Part shown: positions 28,250 to 37,301 of the stretch, piece after piece
How the letters are laid out: each line of letters begins with the position of its first letter
How positions within the stretch are numbered: position 1 is the first letter of the stretch
Virus record (IMG/VR): IMGVR_UViG_3300029288_000079
Span: 32,001 to 96,000 of that record
Strand: one strand, 5' to 3'
Length of the DNA: 64,000 nt
From: a virus
Lineage: Duplodnaviria; Caudoviricetes
Made by a program: the position numbers and the translations under genes
The notes under the pieces: generated by a model
Databases searched by the model: none
What the model saw: only the letters and a program-made list of their open reading frames with translations
What the model was told of the DNA's origin: nothing

Positions 28250-28513
28250 TTATTTCTCCACAAAGTCAGTTTTTACATCTAGTAATAAACTATCTATGTT
28301 TTCCTTCATATATTTTGTAATGCCTTCAAAACCTGCCTCTTCTGAGTCATAATCAAATCCTCTAAAATCTACACGAGCAGGATATACTTCTAAAATCTCT
28401 CCCGTATTATCATCTTGAATATACACAATAGCCCAACCAAAGGTGTGTAAAATTCTATTTATCCACCAAAGAAGTTTTGTATCCTGAAATTCTTTCCAAG
28501 TTTTCTTTTCCAT
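28250..28513 (-). CDS. Hypothetical protein
   Basis: Packed ORF. Confidence 0.6.
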   Translation of the reverse strand: MEKKTWKEFQDTKLLWWINRILHTFGWAIVYIQDDNTGEILEVYPARVDFRGFDYDSEEAGFEGITKYMKENIDSLLLDVKTDFVEK

Positions 28514-28514
28514 A

Positions 28515-28712
28515 TTAATTTTCCTTTCGAATCATTAAGCCTATGTTCTCGCTCTTACGAGGATCCCCATTTTTATCTATATTATCATACTCTACACTCT
28601 CACATAATCTACCAATTATCCAACCATCACTTTTCCTAATAATTCCATTCTTCTGTATTTCTACACTATGAATAGTTTTTGTTTCTATATAATCACACAT
28701 ACTAACCTCCAA
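28515..28712 (-). CDS. Hypothetical protein
   Basis: Packed ORF; GGAGG SD suggests the internal start MCDY. Confidence 0.5.
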   Translation of the reverse strand: MEVSMCDYIETKTIHSVEIQKNGIIRKSDGWIIGRLCESVEYDNIDKNGDPRKSENIGLMIRKEN

Positions 28713-28715
28713 AAA

Positions 28716-29087
28716 TTATAATTTTAAACCTATATCAAGTGCTGAAATTTCCTCTAGTAAATTTTTAGCTTTAATTTCCCATTCATGAGCATGCTCATCA
28801 AACCCACCAGTAGCCCACGTAAGAGGCATGGCATTACTTATTAAAACGCTACACTTATTTATTACTATACCCACTCTTTTGTAATATGTTAATAAATCTT
28901 CTAAAGAATTAATAAATACACTTGATTGACCATTTAAAGACCTGCATATAAATTCTGCAGACTTTCTCTGATTTTTTGAAAAAATTGCAATTACTTCAGG
29001 ACTATTTCCACCATCTTTCAAACTTAAGACAATATCACTCTCACAATCTGTAATTAAAGAATATTCTTTACCCATTTCAGTCTCCAA
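28716..29087 (-). CDS. Hypothetical protein
   Basis: Packed ORF. Confidence 0.55.
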   Translation of the reverse strand: METEMGKEYSLITDCESDIVLSLKDGGNSPEVIAIFSKNQRKSAEFICRSLNGQSSVFINSLEDLLTYYKRVGIVINKCSVLISNAMPLTWATGGFDEHAHEWEIKAKNLLEEISALDIGLKL

Positions 29088-30960
29088 AAATTACTTGTTT
29101 TGCTAATTTACCTACCACCTCTATTGAATAATTTTGAGCCTTAATAAGTGAGGCTTTGCCTTTATCTTTTACTTTATCTCTATGATTATATGCATAACGT
29201 AAAAGAGATCTGAAATGTTCTATAGATACTTCAGCCCATTGACCACCAATATAATTCTTAAAATAGGGCAATACCTGTAATGGTATATCAACAAGCTTAT
29301 ATTCAGCTGTCCAGCCAACATCTGAAGTGACAAAATCTGTCACGCCACTATATCCCGTAACTATACTGGGTATTCCTAATGCTGCACACTCAATTATGCT
29401 ATTACCAAAACCTTCACCTCTGGTAGTTAATAAATTACAATCAAAATTTCTTAAAAAGAAAGGCATTACACTATCAGATAATAGTGAATTAGTACAATAT
29501 ATTGGGGCATGACTTTTTCCTCCTGAAAGCTCTTGAATATATTGCTTAATATTTTTTCCCTGTTGTTGAAGAACATAATGTAGAGATAAACTATGCACAG
29601 TCAGAGTCACGTCATCTTTAGCATCAAACTCCTCGATAAAGGATCTGAATAAGGCTTCTGGATTTTTTCTCTCCCCAAAATGAAATACCGAGACAAAATT
29701 CATACCTCTTTTATAGCTCAGAGGCATTACATCTGTAGAAGATTTAAATATACTTAAATCCGTAGCATTAGGTACTACAAAAATAGGAGTTGTCACCCCA
29801 TGATTTAAAATAATTTCACGGAAAAAAGTAGAATTGGTTATAACCTTATCTACAGCATTGAGTTGATCTCTCCAAGCTCTATTAATTCTATTGCTTTCAC
29901 CTGTAGTATGTGCTACACGAGACTTACCTGGAGGCATAAGATATAAATGATCCCCCTCACTACTACGCAAGACATGTCTATTCCAGTAATCATGAGGCTT
30001 ATTTATCATCCTTTTAATTTCCCAATCTATAACATTTCCGGGTTGATGATATTCCTCAGGAGCTATTGCAACATCTACACCATTACGACCAAGGCCTTTA
30101 GCTAAATTACGCATCACAATACTAAAGCTCCACTCTCCCATTATTTTGCAGCAGAACATAACTCTATCTTCAGATTCAAATTCATAAGGATCTTCATCAT
30201 GTTTCATATAAAATTTTATCTGATTATTTCTAGAAATATCATTAACTTTTTTTATGTCTCGATATATGTCTATACCTGTTTTGTTTTCATAATGATAGGA
30301 TTTAGCTGTTGGACAATATACTGATTTAAAACCTAGTTTACGGGCCTCATAACACATATCCACTTCTTCAAAATAGGCTGGGGCAAATCTTTCATCAAAG
30401 TGATCTAACTTTTGCAATAATTTATTTTTTATAAGAAAAAGAGCTCCCGTTATATATTCACACTCTTCCTCTATCTGCTGCACCGAAGGATCATTATCTA
30501 CCTCTCCCGCGCCTTTATGTTGACCCCAACCATATATGTTTAAAAATGCCCCAGCATGTTGAATTCTACCATCTGCAAATAATAATCTACCCCCAACAAT
30601 ACCTATATCATCTGGCCTCTCCTGAAGTAAAGCATCTATACATCCTGGCAAAAGCTCCATATCATTATTCATTATTAGAATGTCTATATCAATAAACTCT
30701 AGAAGTAATAACTCAATACCCTGATTTACCGCAGGGCCAAACCCTTTATTTTCTTCATTAGAGAGACATCTAAATTGTATCCTATCAGTATCTTTCAACT
30801 CCTTAAAAAACTTTACAGTATCATCTGTAGATGCATTATCTATAACAAATACAATAATCTCATCACAAAGTTTAAACTCATGTTGCTTAATAGATTCTAT
30901 AAGCTTCTTCGTATAAAATATCTGATTATAAACAGGAATAACTATACCTAATCTTTTCAT
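29077..30960 (-). CDS. Bifunctional GT2 + GT4 glycosyltransferase
   Basis: N-half IVIPVYN, DNASTD, MNND, YFEEVD; C-half RKNP, EGFGNSIIE. Confidence 0.88.
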   Translation of the reverse strand: MKRLGIVIPVYNQIFYTKKLIESIKQHEFKLCDEIIVFVIDNASTDDTVKFFKELKDTDRIQFRCLSNEENKGFGPAVNQGIELLLLEFIDIDILIMNNDMELLPGCIDALLQERPDDIGIVGGRLLFADGRIQHAGAFLNIYGWGQHKGAGEVDNDPSVQQIEEECEYITGALFLIKNKLLQKLDHFDERFAPAYFEEVDMCYEARKLGFKSVYCPTAKSYHYENKTGIDIYRDIKKVNDISRNNQIKFYMKHDEDPYEFESEDRVMFCCKIMGEWSFSIVMRNLAKGLGRNGVDVAIAPEEYHQPGNVIDWEIKRMINKPHDYWNRHVLRSSEGDHLYLMPPGKSRVAHTTGESNRINRAWRDQLNAVDKVITNSTFFREIILNHGVTTPIFVVPNATDLSIFKSSTDVMPLSYKRGMNFVSVFHFGERKNPEALFRSFIEEFDAKDDVTLTVHSLSLHYVLQQQGKNIKQYIQELSGGKSHAPIYCTNSLLSDSVMPFFLRNFDCNLLTTRGEGFGNSIIECAALGIPSIVTGYSGVTDFVTSDVGWTAEYKLVDIPLQVLPYFKNYIGGQWAEVSIEHFRSLLRYAYNHRDKVKDKGKASLIKAQNYSIEVVGKLAKQVIFGD

Positions 30961-32153
30961 TATATAATCTCAATCATACTTTGATTAATATCTAAATTTA
31001 CACTATTAGATAATATTATTTTAGATATAGTTTCTACAAACTTGGTGCCTGTAATTTCCTTAGACCAAATACCTCGAAAACGCTCACCATGTTTTATCGC
31101 TCTCTCCTTTGCAATGGAATAACTATCATAACATCTTCTCAACTTACGTTTTACATCTTGCTCCCGAGGCATAGCCCAACGCATTCCTGGATGATAAATA
31201 CCCTGTCTCAGAACCGAATATGGAACATCAGTTAGATCAAATTCAAATAAAGTAGAAAGTTCTGGGATAACAAAATCCATTTGTCCAGACCACCCTGTTA
31301 CCAATATAGGAACATCACAGGCAATAGCTTCTGCAAGAGGCCTACACCAACCTTCTCCACTTGTAGCCGATACAAAAGCTTTTGATTTTTTATAAAGATG
31401 TGCCATTTCATAATCTGTCATATCCCCATGTATCAAGTATACTTTAGGAAAAGGCTTACCATTCTTTATTGCATCTATACGTTCTCTAGTAAATATTAAA
31501 TCAGGTGAAGAGTTATTTTGAGAAAATGTTTTTACAAATATACCCACATCCTTATTACTTTCAAATGTCTCACAGAACCATTTCAAAAGTAATCCAACTT
31601 GCTTGCGGTCCTCTCCTATAGGATTCACAGCCCACTGACCTGCAGTAATGAAATTAAAAGATGTTGCTAAAGGTAATGCTAAAGTGTCTTCGATAGGATC
31701 ATTATTATATATATCAAGATCCACACCCTCCCCCACTACATACACAGGAACACTCACACCGTGCTGTTGAAAAAGATTTTTTATGAATTGAGAAGGAACT
31801 ATAATAGCATTCATCTGATTACAAGCTTCAGCCCATCCTGCAGGCAATCTATCAGACTCAATACCCGCTGTTATACCTATATTAATTGGACCTACCTTAC
31901 GAAATTCTGTGGGAATTCCAAGATGCATGAATACAAAATCCTTTGTATTAACTTTATTATTCACACAAAACATCAGCATATCTAATAAATCTTCGGGAAT
32001 ATTTTCTGTAGTAGATGTTGCACCCCATCCTGTAGGAATTACTGAGATATTAAATTTATTAGACTGAAATAAATCTCTAACTATATCTCGAGCATGAGAC
32101 CCATATCCAGAGCGCGAAAACACAGAAGCTTGAAATATTATATTTGTTTTCAT
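30960..32153 (-). CDS. GT4-like glycosyltransferase
   Basis: SRSGYGSHAR, DRK, GEGWCRPLAEA, TGWSGQMDF. Confidence 0.85.
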   Translation of the reverse strand: MKTNIIFQASVFSRSGYGSHARDIVRDLFQSNKFNISVIPTGWGATSTTENIPEDLLDMLMFCVNNKVNTKDFVFMHLGIPTEFRKVGPINIGITAGIESDRLPAGWAEACNQMNAIIVPSQFIKNLFQQHGVSVPVYVVGEGVDLDIYNNDPIEDTLALPLATSFNFITAGQWAVNPIGEDRKQVGLLLKWFCETFESNKDVGIFVKTFSQNNSSPDLIFTRERIDAIKNGKPFPKVYLIHGDMTDYEMAHLYKKSKAFVSATSGEGWCRPLAEAIACDVPILVTGWSGQMDFVIPELSTLFEFDLTDVPYSVLRQGIYHPGMRWAMPREQDVKRKLRRCYDSYSIAKERAIKHGERFRGIWSKEITGTKFVETISKIILSNSVNLDINQSMIEII

Positions 32154-32161
32154 ATAATTTC

Positions 32162-33448
32162 CTAGTGAACACTAAAACGCCATGATTTAAATATTTTGGG
32201 AGTATTATGAATATCCTGAAGATATTTATCCCATTTCTCTAGAGTATTTTCAATACTATAATTTTCAACCATAAATTTCTGACCTAAATTTCCCACAGTT
32301 GTCTTCCAATTACCATCTTTAACTCTCATGTAGGCTTCGGAAAGGGAATTTACAATAGTTTTAACAGATACATAATCTCGATGAATATAAGGTGCCTGTG
32401 GAACCCCAAAAAGATCCTTTACTTCAGGTTTCAATAATATACCAAACTCAACATTCTCATCAAAAGCCTTGCAACCTTTACCATCTTCACATTCTACAGC
32501 ATCATGATGAACTATAATTTGCATTTGTTCTGTCATACCTCCTGTAGATGTCACTATACAAGGAGTCCCGGCAAACAAAGATTCAGACACACAAAGACCA
32601 AATCCTTCAGAATGAGCAATATTCAATGTTACATCTGAAATATTATAAAACATATTTAATTGGTTGGTATCAACACGCTGTTGATTCAAAATTATAGGGG
32701 CATTTATAGTATTAAGATCTTTGACTACAGTTGGTATATCAGTTCCTTCGGGATCTACTGCCACTGTATTCATCAATAATATTGAATTAGGGTGTGTTTT
32801 ATAAAATTCAATAAAAGATAAAATTACATCCCCAGGACGTTTCCTAGAAATGTTACGATTGTTCCAAAATATAATAAAGTCTGTATTAGGCTTTCCTATA
32901 CGCTTCACAAATTCAGATCTTATCTTCTTTACTTCGATAGAATCCATATTAAAAAACTCTGTAGAATCCTGCCCATGATGTATATTTACATTATTTATAT
33001 TATTAGATTGAAGTAGATCATGACTAAACTTAGAAATAGTAGTAATATAATCACAAGCACTATAATAAGGTATATTAAATTTTGGGAAGGGGGTATTATC
33101 CCATGTATGATATAAAACTACTTTGGATTTTAACCTAATTTCATTATCCATAGAAAATACATAACTAAAGAATCTAGGGTCTGAAAATAATATAATAATA
33201 TCCGGCTTTTCAATATTCATTACCATTCTAAGAAGATTTGGATTACCATAAGCATCTGAGGTGGGATATAATTTAATATCTTTAAAAACCAATGGTGTAT
33301 TGTTCTGTTTACGTAAGGATCCTGCTATAGATGATACTATATATCTTCCAGACTTCACCAGTCCTTGCATAATCTTCAATGCTTGTATTCCTACACCAGT
33401 GGGCATACGAATATCATCGGTTACGAATAAAACCTTGATTTTATCCAA
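32162..33448 (-). CDS. GT4-like glycosyltransferase
   Basis: TGVG, NRNISRKR, EGFGLCVSES; TTG start with AGGAGG SD. Confidence 0.85.
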   Translation of the reverse strand: MDKIKVLFVTDDIRMPTGVGIQALKIMQGLVKSGRYIVSSIAGSLRKQNNTPLVFKDIKLYPTSDAYGNPNLLRMVMNIEKPDIIILFSDPRFFSYVFSMDNEIRLKSKVVLYHTWDNTPFPKFNIPYYSACDYITTISKFSHDLLQSNNINNVNIHHGQDSTEFFNMDSIEVKKIRSEFVKRIGKPNTDFIIFWNNRNISRKRPGDVILSFIEFYKTHPNSILLMNTVAVDPEGTDIPTVVKDLNTINAPIILNQQRVDTNQLNMFYNISDVTLNIAHSEGFGLCVSESLFAGTPCIVTSTGGMTEQMQIIVHHDAVECEDGKGCKAFDENVEFGILLKPEVKDLFGVPQAPYIHRDYVSVKTIVNSLSEAYMRVKDGNWKTTVGNLGQKFMVENYSIENTLEKWDKYLQDIHNTPKIFKSWRFSVH

Positions 33449-33551
33449 AAATAGCTCCTCCTAAGAATTGATCTCTATTATATATAATGTCCAATAAAAT
33501 GTGATTATTTATCGAAATTATAAATAAATTTAAGATTTTTAAAATATATAT

Positions 33552-34043
33552 TTAAGACTTTGCAGTGGAAAGAAGTTGCTCGAGTGTTTTAGGTGTGTAA
33601 TTATTTTGCTCAACACAAATGTTTATAAATTTATCTTTATGTATTAATCTTTCATGTGTATGTCCATATAGAATATGATCCCTAATCTTGATGATATCCT
33701 CACTAACTTTGCTAGGATCATGAACTACACAAACTGTACCAGAATTATATAGAGATACAACCTCTTTAAATCCCATTTCTCTCATACTTTTAGAAGATCT
33801 ATCATGATTTCCTCTAACAAGTATTTTATCCCCATTTAGACATTCCAATATATGTTTTGCCGTATCAAAATTACACAAGGCAAAGTCTCCACCATGTATT
33901 ACCAAATCCCCCTGCTGCACAACTGAATTCCAATTTCTTATCATAGTTTCATTCATCTCATTTACATCAACAAATGGCCTATCACAATACTTGATGATAT
34001 TTGTGTGAAAAAAATGATTGTCCGATGTATAGAATATATTCAT
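33552..34043 (-). CDS. Calcineurin-like metallophosphoesterase
   Basis: SDNH, GD, GNHD, GHTH motifs. Confidence 0.88.
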   Translation of the reverse strand: MNIFYTSDNHFFHTNIIKYCDRPFVDVNEMNETMIRNWNSVVQQGDLVIHGGDFALCNFDTAKHILECLNGDKILVRGNHDRSSKSMREMGFKEVVSLYNSGTVCVVHDPSKVSEDIIKIRDHILYGHTHERLIHKDKFINICVEQNNYTPKTLEQLLSTAKS

Positions 34044-34047
34044 AATC

Positions 34048-34239
34048 TTATAGATTTTCTTTCCCATCACCTATGACCCTAAAACAATGAAATTCATCAC
34101 AGCCCGAGGACCAATTCACTATTTTCTTCTTTATTTTGCAAAACCCTTCACCACTATTATCAAATGGCTTTTTCTTTGGTGAGAGATATATACAAAAATC
34201 ACATACTATATCACAATTTTCACTGCATTTTGTAGCCAT
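34048..34239 (-). CDS. Small Cys-rich protein
   Basis: Seven Cys in 63 aa; packed ORF. Confidence 0.55.
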   Translation of the reverse strand: MATKCSENCDIVCDFCIYLSPKKKPFDNSGEGFCKIKKKIVNWSSGCDEFHCFRVIGDGKENL

Positions 34240-34240
34240 A

Positions 34241-34648
34241 TTATTTCCAAATTTGATATAAATTAATGCACCATTTTTTAAATGTCCAATTCTTCATAAG
34301 TAGAACATGATATACTAGCGTAAAGCTCGGGACCCAGAAACAAAGCCATCCTAATAATATCACTCTCCACCATTCCCAGCCTTGAAGAACAAAGGGAGCT
34401 ACTATCATGGCTATCACAGCTAATAGATTTCGAATAGTATCAAAAAAATGCCAATAACCTGCACTCCATGGATAACCTTGATTTACCTTTTCTGTAAGCA
34501 AACCTCTTTTTTCATCATACCAATTAACCAAAATCTGCCCAAATTTTTCAAGATAAGGGCGAATAATTTTTTCACCATCTTTATGAGCATCCGTAATAGC
34601 CTTACATATATAGATTAATGTCCATAATACAACTAGTATCCACCACAT
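34241..34648 (-). CDS. Membrane protein
   Basis: Three hydrophobic Trp-rich segments; GAGGTG SD. Confidence 0.65.
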   Translation of the reverse strand: MWWILVVLWTLIYICKAITDAHKDGEKIIRPYLEKFGQILVNWYDEKRGLLTEKVNQGYPWSAGYWHFFDTIRNLLAVIAMIVAPFVLQGWEWWRVILLGWLCFWVPSFTLVYHVLLMKNWTFKKWCINLYQIWK

Positions 34649-34656
34649 AGATCACC

Positions 34657-35382
34657 TCAAAATATTATTGAATTTAATTTACCATTTTCAGTAATTTCCA
34701 TTATCATATGTTTACTCTGTAAACAATCAATACAGTAATTTTCATCTCTTTTTCTAAATTCAGACCCAGGAGTATGTCCAAATATCTGTCGTAAGCCTTC
34801 AATCGAATCAAAATCCCAACAATAATCACACCAGAAAATGCCACCTACATTATTTGCACCTCCCCGAGAAGCTCCTATGTTGTATACCATTCCAAAGTCT
34901 AGGTTTCGAATCTCTTGATCAAGCCACATTGTAAGCATGTTCATATCATCAAGTGTATTACTATCATATGGTATTAGTCTTTTTGTAAGACCTGCATGTG
35001 TTATCAATATTTTATGCTCAACAATTAACTCATATGGCTTCAGTAATTGGTGCATGTCACTAAAATGGCACATTAACTGTGCTGCAAAACTACTAGCATT
35101 GCCACTACACCCCATTCTTTCAGGCATCAAATAACCCAGCTCATGATTCCCTTTTAATGCTATAAATTTTCTACAATCACCTGTTATTTTATCTGTATAA
35201 GAACTTCTTCTTACATCATTCAAAATCTCTTCAATCAATAGTAATTGTTGTTTTCTTGTTTTATTAAAGGAATCAACATAATCACCTACCAAAATAATAT
35301 CATGATCTTTAAATTTATCTTTTATCTCATGATATATGTCTATATCTCCATGAAGATCACCTACAACTATTTTTTTAGTCAT
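34657..35382 (-). CDS. Metallophosphoesterase (Ser/Thr phosphatase-like)
   Basis: GDLHG, GDYVD, GNHE, HAG, GHT motifs. Confidence 0.88.
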   Translation of the reverse strand: MTKKIVVGDLHGDIDIYHEIKDKFKDHDIILVGDYVDSFNKTRKQQLLLIEEILNDVRRSSYTDKITGDCRKFIALKGNHELGYLMPERMGCSGNASSFAAQLMCHFSDMHQLLKPYELIVEHKILITHAGLTKRLIPYDSNTLDDMNMLTMWLDQEIRNLDFGMVYNIGASRGGANNVGGIFWCDYCWDFDSIEGLRQIFGHTPGSEFRKRDENYCIDCLQSKHMIMEITENGKLNSIIF

Positions 35383-35398
35383 GACACTCCTGTTAAAT

Positions 35399-35462
35399 AA
35401 AAATGTCTTAATATAAGATAATTATAAAAAGACATTTTTACAATAGACATTTTTACAATAGA
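35399..35462. repeat. 15-bp tandem direct repeat with an inverted copy
   Basis: AGACATTTTTACAAT x2 (35430-35459); AAAAATGTCT at 35399-35408 is its inverted partner. Confidence 0.6.
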
Positions 35463-35581
35463 AAAAGAAAATATGTTAAAATTAAGTAAATTAGAACCTT
35501 TGATAATTAATACATATAATGTATATATTATACAATAAAAAGTGATTATTTATTTAAATGAAAAACTAATTATTTAATTCA

Positions 35582-37279
35582 TTAATCAAATTTATAAATA
35601 TAACTTATTTCTGCAGATCCATTAATACCACTGTAGCCAGTTGTAAATTTATACCACCATCCTGGAGGTACGAAAAATGACATATTACCAAATGTAAATA
35701 AAACATCAGTGCTGTAATAATTATTGTATTTTTGAGTTCCTACAATACCTACTTGCATAGTACAGGCGGCATTAGTGGGGCCAATATATGCCATACTATA
35801 GCCATAACCTATACCAGAAGCTGTAGCTCCATATCCAGAAACAACTCCTCGAGCGGTTATAAATATTGTATAAGGTTTAGTGTTTTGATAAGCTACGTTA
35901 GCGATTGTAGTACTTGTAATGTCATTTACGCATCCAAATTGATTGGCAAGAGATTTTTGACCACTACCCGACCCACCAATAATTACAGGCATACTTCCAG
36001 GAAAAGCATCTACACTACCTGTTGAAATCAATCCTATAGCCCCTCTAATCATTCTAAGCTCATCCTGCAGAGATCCTGAAGCCACGCTTGTATTAAAAGC
36101 TACGGGAGATCTATTAGATAATGATGCATCACGTATATCTGATGTATCCATTGTATAGAATTGTCTCGAGTCTGTATAAACTATTTGGATTCCCCCATCA
36201 TTAACTACAGCTGAGCCTAGTTTTAAATATTGAGAGTACTTATGTGGATTTTCATCCTCCCATATATAAGATGTCTGACTTATAAATGCAGGAACACAAG
36301 CCGAATTCACAACTACCCAATAATTACCATCAGCCATTAGAGGAGATACTGCATATAAGTTTGGAATAGACCCAGAAACCATATTCCCATTAATTAACAT
36401 ATATGCACTACTTGGAGTTTGAAACTCTATATAGTCAATTCCTAAATCTATTACAGATCCTAAATAACTGGATTTTGCTATATCATTTCTAGAAGTTAAT
36501 ATTATACCATTTACATGACTATAACGTTCATGATCTGCAATATCTTGACCTGTATATCCAAGATCGGATAGGTTCTGACCATGAGGGTTTGTAGTAGATA
36601 TAGCAGCATGACCAATAGCCTTTACATGATCTTCTACACTAGTCCAACCCATAGTTAAAGATGGTTCAATCAAAGGATCTAATATAACAGAATTTGCAGG
36701 AGTAATTGTTCTACAATACTGTCTCATGTCTGTAATAATTCCACTGATATACCCACTACTATTTGCAGTAAATCTACCTAAAGGTATTTCACCTACGGAT
36801 GCTGATGCAGCTTCAATTCTTATTTGATAACTATCATAATAACGAGTATAAAAATTTATACCTATATCATCAGATTGTAAAGATCCCGAAGACTCCTGAT
36901 ATTTTAATTTAATATATTTTGTGCCAGATGTAGTTTCAGTCCAATAAGAAGTTGCTGTATTATCACCTAATGTAATAGTATGACTATTATTTATATTAAT
37001 AAAATTTCCACTAGAATCTAAAGCAGATCCTGAAGCAACTATAATTATAGTAGAACTATTTTGATTACAATAGAAATTACTGGTAGTCTTAGCATAATCC
37101 TGAGGAGAACCATATATACCTCCCTGAGATATATTACCTCCTGTAAGAGAGGATATACCACCAGAATTTCCTAAAGTTGACAAAGATCTTTTGGCAACCT
37201 GGTTAGAAACGGATGATTCAATGTTATTAAGATCATCGGACATTACATCTTGATCATTAAAAAAGTTAGCTCGTTCCAT
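35582..37279 (-). CDS. Baseplate-associated/short tail-fibre protein
   Basis: Follows baseplate genes; NFFNDQ..DDLN N-terminus; NPHG; C-terminal YQNT...SFFVPPGWWY fibre-tip-like domain. Confidence 0.6.
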   Translation of the reverse strand: MERANFFNDQDVMSDDLNNIESSVSNQVAKRSLSTLGNSGGISSLTGGNISQGGIYGSPQDYAKTTSNFYCNQNSSTIIIVASGSALDSSGNFININNSHTITLGDNTATSYWTETTSGTKYIKLKYQESSGSLQSDDIGINFYTRYYDSYQIRIEAASASVGEIPLGRFTANSSGYISGIITDMRQYCRTITPANSVILDPLIEPSLTMGWTSVEDHVKAIGHAAISTTNPHGQNLSDLGYTGQDIADHERYSHVNGIILTSRNDIAKSSYLGSVIDLGIDYIEFQTPSSAYMLINGNMVSGSIPNLYAVSPLMADGNYWVVVNSACVPAFISQTSYIWEDENPHKYSQYLKLGSAVVNDGGIQIVYTDSRQFYTMDTSDIRDASLSNRSPVAFNTSVASGSLQDELRMIRGAIGLISTGSVDAFPGSMPVIIGGSGSGQKSLANQFGCVNDITSTTIANVAYQNTKPYTIFITARGVVSGYGATASGIGYGYSMAYIGPTNAACTMQVGIVGTQKYNNYYSTDVLFTFGNMSFFVPPGWWYKFTTGYSGINGSAEISYIYKFD

Positions 37280-37301
37280 AATTTCACCAATTTAATTTAA
37301 G

